Shown in pieces: positions 59,172 through 64,000 of a stretch of DNA of 64,000 nucleotides. The stretch comes from a virus (lineage: Duplodnaviria > Heunggongvirae > Uroviricota > Caudoviricetes). The notes beneath the pieces are model-generated. The model did no database searches. It was not told where the DNA came from and saw nothing but the letters and a program-made list of their open reading frames with translations. Position 1 is the stretch's first letter. Each line of letters opens with the position of its first letter. Position numbers and translations under genes: made by a program. The stretch is taken from IMG/VR virus record IMGVR_UViG_2724679564_000005; one strand, given 5' to 3'.

Positions 59172-59606
59172 TTACTTTTTCTTTTTATGTCTTTCTATCT
59201 GTGCTTTACTTATTCTTTCATATGCACACTTCGGACAGCGAGTGCCTCGAAGGAAATTATCTGGAACTACATCCCACTCATCATAGCCACATATATTATG
59301 TTTCATTCTTATCTTTTCATTGCTTTTTTTATATTTGCCAATTACAGTATATTCATCACCAACCAATTCATGAACTTCCTCTACAAACTTTTGGTGTGAT
59401 TTTTTCCCACCTCTATGGCATTTAGGACAGCGAGTTGATTGTAAAAACTTGTTAGGGATTACATCCCATTCATGTTCGCATTTATTATGTTTCATTGTTA
59501 TTTTTATATCACCTTTTATATACTTACCAAGTACACTATATTCGTCACCTACTAAATCATAAACTTCCTTTTGAAATTGTTCTTGTGTTTTACATGTTTT
59601 CATCAA
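59172..59606 (-). CDS. tandem-duplicated zinc-ribbon protein (two DUF4379-like repeats)
   Basis: internal repeat EVYDLVGDEYSVLGKYIKG..KHNKCEHEWDVIPNKFLQSTRCPKC / EVHELVGDEYTVIGKYKKS..KHNICGYDEWDVVPDNFLRGTRCPKC. Confidence 0.5.
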   Translation of the reverse strand: MMKTCKTQEQFQKEVYDLVGDEYSVLGKYIKGDIKITMKHNKCEHEWDVIPNKFLQSTRCPKCHRGGKKSHQKFVEEVHELVGDEYTVIGKYKKSNEKIRMKHNICGYDEWDVVPDNFLRGTRCPKCAYERISKAQIERHKKKK

Positions 59607-59677
59607 TTAAGCCTGCTTTCTATTTTGATATATTTTAATTATAAAACACAGTTATTTTTTATACTATATACATTTCA

Positions 59678-60220
59678 TTATTTAAGATGAAATAACTTTA
59701 GCAATTTATTTTTAATTTTCTTATTCTCTTTTTCTTCTAATAATTGTTGTAATTCAATTTCTAATTCTTTATATTTCTCTTTGTATTTTTGTTCAGCTTT
59801 TTCTATAGTTTTATCAAAATATTCTTTATCATTATTTATAAATTCAATAGTATCATTGGTATAATAAATAATATTCCCATTCTCATAACTTACTTTATCA
59901 ATAGTAATTTTATTATTTTTATTAATTTGTATTTCATCGCCTTTGAATAACTGAATAGGAATCTCTATATCTAACCTATGTAAAACATATTCATGATATA
60001 TCTTACAAGTAGGTACTATATAATATATATTATCACCAAATTTACCACTTGCTTTTATATTGTATTTCATTTTATCTATTTTATATTTTAAATATTTTAT
60101 TCTTTTATCATCGTATGTTTTACAAGAATAAGGACATGTATCAAATTCTCTCTTTATTTTATTATCTAAAATACGTGGATCAAATACAACTGTATCTTTA
60201 ATCCCTTTGACAATAATCAT
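59678..60220 (-). CDS. hypothetical protein (180 aa)
   Basis: ORF track. Confidence 0.45.
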   Translation of the reverse strand: MIIVKGIKDTVVFDPRILDNKIKREFDTCPYSCKTYDDKRIKYLKYKIDKMKYNIKASGKFGDNIYYIVPTCKIYHEYVLHRLDIEIPIQLFKGDEIQINKNNKITIDKVSYENGNIIYYTNDTIEFINNDKEYFDKTIEKAEQKYKEKYKELEIELQQLLEEKENKKIKNKLLKLFHLK

Positions 60221-60545
60221 ATTTTATCTTCTCCTTATACCATTTAACTATATCTGTATCGTTCCTCCTATTAAACCAAGCTCTTAATACGTAAATATTA
60301 TCTTTCATATGATAATAATCTACATATACACCTTCTTTATCTTTTTGAAAATCTATATCATATTCCCAACCATTTTCTTTCATTTCTTTAATATGTTTAT
60401 CTCTGTCATCTTCTGTATTATATAAATAAACTATTTCTTCATCTCCAAATACATCCACATTATTTCTATAAAGAATTTTTCCTTTCTCTTTTAAATAGTT
60501 AACAATAATTTTAGCTGATTCTAAATTTACCATATTGAAACACAA
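60198..60545 (-). CDS. hypothetical protein (115 aa)
   Basis: ORF track. Confidence 0.4.
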   Translation of the reverse strand: MCFNMVNLESAKIIVNYLKEKGKILYRNNVDVFGDEEIVYLYNTEDDRDKHIKEMKENGWEYDIDFQKDKEGVYVDYYHMKDNIYVLRAWFNRRNDTDIVKWYKEKIKYDYCQRD

Positions 60546-60611
60546 CCTTTTAAATTATTTTATATTTTTTATTCAATTAATTGCTCATGTTTTCTTATTC
60601 TCTATCATCTA

Positions 60612-60917
60612 TCAATCTTTATCCCAATTTATAGTATATTCATTAACTTCAAAAGCAAATTTCCCATTTGTTTTAAGTAGAATTTCTTTTAAAGTCAAAT
60701 CTTCATATTCTCCATTTCCACAACCATTACTTATATCCGAACTTTCAAATTTATCTGTTAATATATCATCAATAAATTTAAAATCTAACCATTCCCAACC
60801 ACAAGGATGTCCATTTTCTACTGGTACTGCTATTCCTTCACCAAAAACCTCATTCGCACAACTATAGATATCTAATATTGTTATATTATCATTAAAATCT
60901 AATTCATTTCTTTTCAA
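60612..60917 (-). CDS. hypothetical protein (101 aa)
   Basis: ORF track. Confidence 0.4.
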   Translation of the reverse strand: MKRNELDFNDNITILDIYSCANEVFGEGIAVPVENGHPCGWEWLDFKFIDDILTDKFESSDISNGCGNGEYEDLTLKEILLKTNGKFAFEVNEYTINWDKD

Positions 60918-60953
60918 TTTTACTCCCTTCTTTCACTTTTTCTTAAATTCAAA

Positions 60954-61223
60954 TTATATATAATTTAATATTCTTTTTAAATCTTTTTTCATCTGATTTA
61001 AATATTCTTCATCTTTGCACTCTTTTTCTTTATTATGTCCGCTCATAACATATTCTTCTGTATACTTTAAAATAGCTTCTCCATTTAAACCTTCTGTGGC
61101 TCTTATTCTATATATAGTAAATCCCATAAACTCATCAATATTAAATGGACTCCAAACTAATCCATTCTTGTCTTTGTTGAATTCTTTTATATTTTTTAAT
61201 TCTTTGTATTGTATTTTTTTCAT
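60954..61223 (-). CDS. hypothetical protein (89 aa)
   Basis: ORF track. Confidence 0.4.
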   Translation of the reverse strand: MKKIQYKELKNIKEFNKDKNGLVWSPFNIDEFMGFTIYRIRATEGLNGEAILKYTEEYVMSGHNKEKECKDEEYLNQMKKDLKRILNYI

Positions 61224-61267
61224 AATGATTCTCCTTAATTTTATTATCTATCTATTTATATTACAAA

Positions 61268-61576
61268 TTAACAAATTTCATATCTATAAAGATTCTCTTT
61301 TAAATACTTATTAAAAAATTCTATGCTACAAATATGAACACACCAATCACAATAGATTATATATTTATTTTCACATTGTTCTTTTAAATATTCTTTAGCT
61401 TGTATTATAAATGCTTTTTGCATTTTTCCTATATCATTATGTGAAAAATCATCTTCCCAATCATAATCACGTAAAAAATTATTGGCTTTATTATTTAATA
61501 ATTTTTTATCTCTAACCATTTCTTTTAATTTGTCCATTTCATCTTCTATAATATCTTCAAACATAATCATAGTCAC
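61268..61576 (-). CDS. hypothetical protein (102 aa)
   Basis: ORF track. Confidence 0.4.
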   Translation of the reverse strand: MTMIMFEDIIEDEMDKLKEMVRDKKLLNNKANNFLRDYDWEDDFSHNDIGKMQKAFIIQAKEYLKEQCENKYIIYCDWCVHICSIEFFNKYLKENLYRYEIC

Positions 61577-61623
61577 CTCCCTACATATTAATTTTAATAA
61601 AACAAGTGTTTTAAATTATTTTA

Positions 61624-62109
61624 CTATGGATTTTCTTTTTCTAAATACAATTGATAAATAACATCATTTTCTTCATCAATTTCTGAGTATTTAATTGTAT
61701 AAAAATCTAAAATATTAACTTTATCAATTGTATTATCATATAAATCATTATCCATATGTTTCTCAATATTTTTAACAGTATCTTTCATATAATGTTTAGC
61801 TACCTCAAATGCAAACAATTTAGCTACAAAAACTTTATAATATTCATTTAAGCCACATTCATGATAATAACAATCTGTATCTTGGAAAAGATAGTCTTGC
61901 CCATTATACCCAAAATGGCTACAGCCATCCCATTTAATTGAACAAGTAGCTAAAAAATCTTCTTCTCCAACTTCATTTGTAGATACATTCCATGATGTTG
62001 TTAATGTTATAAATCCACCAAAACTATGTGTCCAATCATGCACTTGTCTTACTATTGCTATTGGATAGCCTCTTTTATCAATCAATTCTGCTTTTATCAT
62101 AAGCAACAC
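61624..62109 (-). CDS. hypothetical protein (161 aa)
   Basis: ORF track. Confidence 0.45.
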   Translation of the reverse strand: MLLMIKAELIDKRGYPIAIVRQVHDWTHSFGGFITLTTSWNVSTNEVGEEDFLATCSIKWDGCSHFGYNGQDYLFQDTDCYYHECGLNEYYKVFVAKLFAFEVAKHYMKDTVKNIEKHMDNDLYDNTIDKVNILDFYTIKYSEIDEENDVIYQLYLEKENP

Positions 62110-62120
62110 CTTCCTTTAAC

Positions 62121-62270
62121 TTATTTTACAATCTCAAAATAACTTTCAAATAATGTATATTGTTCATCATTATCATCTTTTAAACAAACGCATTCTCCTG
62201 CACAGCCCAGTAATTCATATGTTCTGCCCACTGTAAATCCTTTGACCTCTTTAATACATTTTAATTTCAT
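62121..62270 (-). CDS. small Cys-containing protein (49 aa), not in ORF track
   Basis: AAGAGGAG RBS; MKLKCIKEVKGFTVGRTYELLGCAGECVCLKDD... Confidence 0.3.
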   Translation of the reverse strand: MKLKCIKEVKGFTVGRTYELLGCAGECVCLKDDNDEQYTLFESYFEIVK

Positions 62271-62287
62271 CTTTATCTCCTCTTAAA

Positions 62288-62551
62288 CTATTTATCATAT
62301 ACTGTCTTATAACAATCAAATGTAATTCCCTCATCATTTGTTTTCTTTAAACAACATTCTTCATTATCTAATAGACATATATTATTTTTATAATGCTCAC
62401 AATAAATTGCTTTGTTATCTGATAATTTTATTTTTCTATTGGTGCTTAAATTCTCAATTTTGTTTTTCTTAACTTTTTTTAATATCTGATTTAATATTTT
62501 AATGATTATCATCTCCTTAACTTTATTTGCAAAATACTTTTGCTGCCACAC
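62288..62551 (-). CDS. hypothetical Cys-containing protein (87 aa)
   Basis: ORF track. Confidence 0.4.
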   Translation of the reverse strand: MWQQKYFANKVKEMIIIKILNQILKKVKKNKIENLSTNRKIKLSDNKAIYCEHYKNNICLLDNEECCLKKTNDEGITFDCYKTVYDK

Positions 62552-62759
62552 CTATAATTAATAATAACATAGCTAAAGGTGGATAGATGAATAATAATAT
62601 TAAAAATAATACAAACTAAAACATTATTAATTTCTCCTTTCGTTTTCTTATGTAAATTTTTATGTTTCAATAATAATTTTATATTACTTATTCACCTATT
62701 AGTCTTAATAAAATTCAAAATTTATATCATTTTTATATATTCAAATATTTATTATTTGT

Positions 62760-63983
62760 TTATTTTGAAGCTTTAAAATTATATATTGGTTTAATAATAT
62801 CTATAATATCAACAGTTTCTTTTATATTTTCTATAATTTCCTCTATGTTTTTATAAACCATAGGAGATTCATCTATTGTGTCTTGATTAACTGACGTTGA
62901 ATATATCCCTTCCATTGATTTTTTATATTCTTCCATTGACACTAATTCTTTAGCCTTATTTCTACTCATTAACCTTCCTGCTCCATGAGGTGCTGAATAG
63001 TTCCATTCTTTATTCCCTTTTCCTACAGCTAAAATACTACCATCTCTCATATTAATAGGTATTAATATTTTCTCGTTCTTATAAGCTGAGATACTACCTT
63101 TACGAATTATATTGTCTTTAAAATTAATATAATTATGAACTGTTTCAAAGTGATTAAAGTTGTTTAATCTTTGGTTAAATAATTTATTTAAAATAATATC
63201 AGCCATAGTTTTTCTATTTAAAGAAGCATATTCTTGACATATTTTCATGTCGTGTAGATACTTATCTCTAAACTCTCCTTTTAAATAACACAATTCTTTT
63301 TTATATTGAGCTGTTGAAGTAGTATATTTATCTTTTAATTTTTTTAATTCATCTTGAATCAAATGCTTTTTCCCATTGATTTTATATTCTTTTATTATTC
63401 TATCTTTTTCTTTATAATAATCTTCTTTACCGCTACACATATCTATTGCTATATTTTGATAATATTCTGCTACTTGTTTGCCTAAATTTCTACTTCCAGA
63501 ATGAATTACTAAATATGAATTATTATTTTTATCTTTATTTACTTCAATAAAGTGATTTCCTCCTCCAAGTGTACCAATACTTTTTTCTAACCTTCTTGTA
63601 TCTTTTAGATTTCTATAACAATATAAGTTTTGTAATTTTGAAAACTTTATTTTTCTTTCTTGATGTACTTCCATCCCTGAAGGAATATACTTATAAATAA
63701 TATCATCTAGTTCTTTTAAATTTATATTTATGTTTTCTAATTCTACTGTTAGCATTCCACATCCAATATCAACACCAACAATATTTGGAATTACTTTATT
63801 CCCCAAATCTGCTGTAAACCCTATCACACAGCCTTTCCCACTATGGCAATCAGGCATTATTCTTATCTTACTATCTTTTGTGAAATCTTGATTACATAAT
63901 TCTAAAATTTGCTCTTTAGCACTTTCTTCAATATTATTTGTATATATATTAGCTTTTGAATATCTTCCTTGTATTATTTGCAT
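62760..63983 (-). CDS. rtcB: RtcB-family RNA 3'-phosphate/5'-OH ligase
   Basis: RIMPDCHSGKGCVIGF, VGVDIGCGM, GTLGGGNHFIEV, HSGSRNLG and HGAGRLMSR are the conserved RtcB metal/GTP-binding motifs. Confidence 0.85.
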   Translation of the reverse strand: MQIIQGRYSKANIYTNNIEESAKEQILELCNQDFTKDSKIRIMPDCHSGKGCVIGFTADLGNKVIPNIVGVDIGCGMLTVELENININLKELDDIIYKYIPSGMEVHQERKIKFSKLQNLYCYRNLKDTRRLEKSIGTLGGGNHFIEVNKDKNNNSYLVIHSGSRNLGKQVAEYYQNIAIDMCSGKEDYYKEKDRIIKEYKINGKKHLIQDELKKLKDKYTTSTAQYKKELCYLKGEFRDKYLHDMKICQEYASLNRKTMADIILNKLFNQRLNNFNHFETVHNYINFKDNIIRKGSISAYKNEKILIPINMRDGSILAVGKGNKEWNYSAPHGAGRLMSRNKAKELVSMEEYKKSMEGIYSTSVNQDTIDESPMVYKNIEEIIENIKETVDIIDIIKPIYNFKASK

Positions 63984-64000
63984 TTTATCACCCCTCTTAC

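Noticed and set aside
838-61314. All plus-strand ORFs in the six-frame track (for example 838..1047, 8658..8924, 13894..14316, 16458..16853, 42605..42961, 52550..52945)
   Set aside because: Each lies antisense inside a longer, motif-supported minus-strand gene, or where a better minus-strand small ORF with an RBS exists. They are low-complexity Leu/Phe/Ile-rich artefacts of AT-rich antisense frames, without RBSs.
1-64000. CRISPR arrays, rRNA and tRNA genes
   Set aside because: No regularly spaced direct repeats, no rRNA-like conserved segments and no cloverleaf-compatible sequences were found. The recurring intergenic motif is a promoter family, not a CRISPR repeat.

Overview
The window is 64 kb of AT-rich (about 27% GC by eye), very gene-dense DNA. 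Every convincing gene lies on the minus strand, with short gaps and frequent start/stop overlaps. The content looks like the early, replication and nucleotide-metabolism region of a large virulent phage, or prophage, of a low-GC Firmicute. It does not look like a bacterial chromosome.

Recognisable genes are:
- a phage-type IIA topoisomerase pair (GyrB-like followed by GyrA-like);
- a DHH/DHHA1 phosphoesterase;
- thymidine kinase, a HAD 5'(3')-deoxyribonucleotidase, a nucleoside 2-deoxyribosyltransferase-like protein and dUTPase;
- anaerobic class III RNR NrdD plus its activase NrdG, with an FNT-like formate-channel-like membrane protein next to them;
- SPFH, 3D-domain and PspC-domain envelope proteins;
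- an ADP-ribosylglycohydrolase;
- a compact replication module (P-loop ATPase, DnaB-like helicase, Toprim primase, Cas4-like PD-(D/E)XK Fe-S nuclease, DnaE-type Pol III alpha with PHP domain, RecD-like SF1 helicase, RNase HI);
- an HD phosphohydrolase;
- a free-standing homing-endonuclease-like multi-zinc-ribbon protein;
- an RtcB RNA ligase at the right edge.

One clear mobile element is present: an IS200/IS605-family tnpB-only insertion with matching subterminal hairpins and conserved flanks at both ends. Its TnpB keeps the three RuvC motifs but has lost the zinc-finger cysteines.

Regulatory structure is conspicuous:
- about ten near-identical promoters (TTGACA, a 17-bp spacer of the form AATATAAAATAATTTGG, then TAATAT, including a TGn extended -10) sit upstream of minus-strand genes;
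- several perfect hairpins and inverted repeats occur, among them a three-element structure that can alternately sequester an RBS, and a 13-bp inverted repeat overlapping a promoter.

Many cysteine-rich or zinc-ribbon ORFs shorter than 60 aa, with good RBSs, are missing from the ORF track. No rRNA, tRNA or CRISPR array was found. All plus-strand ORFs in the track appear to be antisense artefacts.
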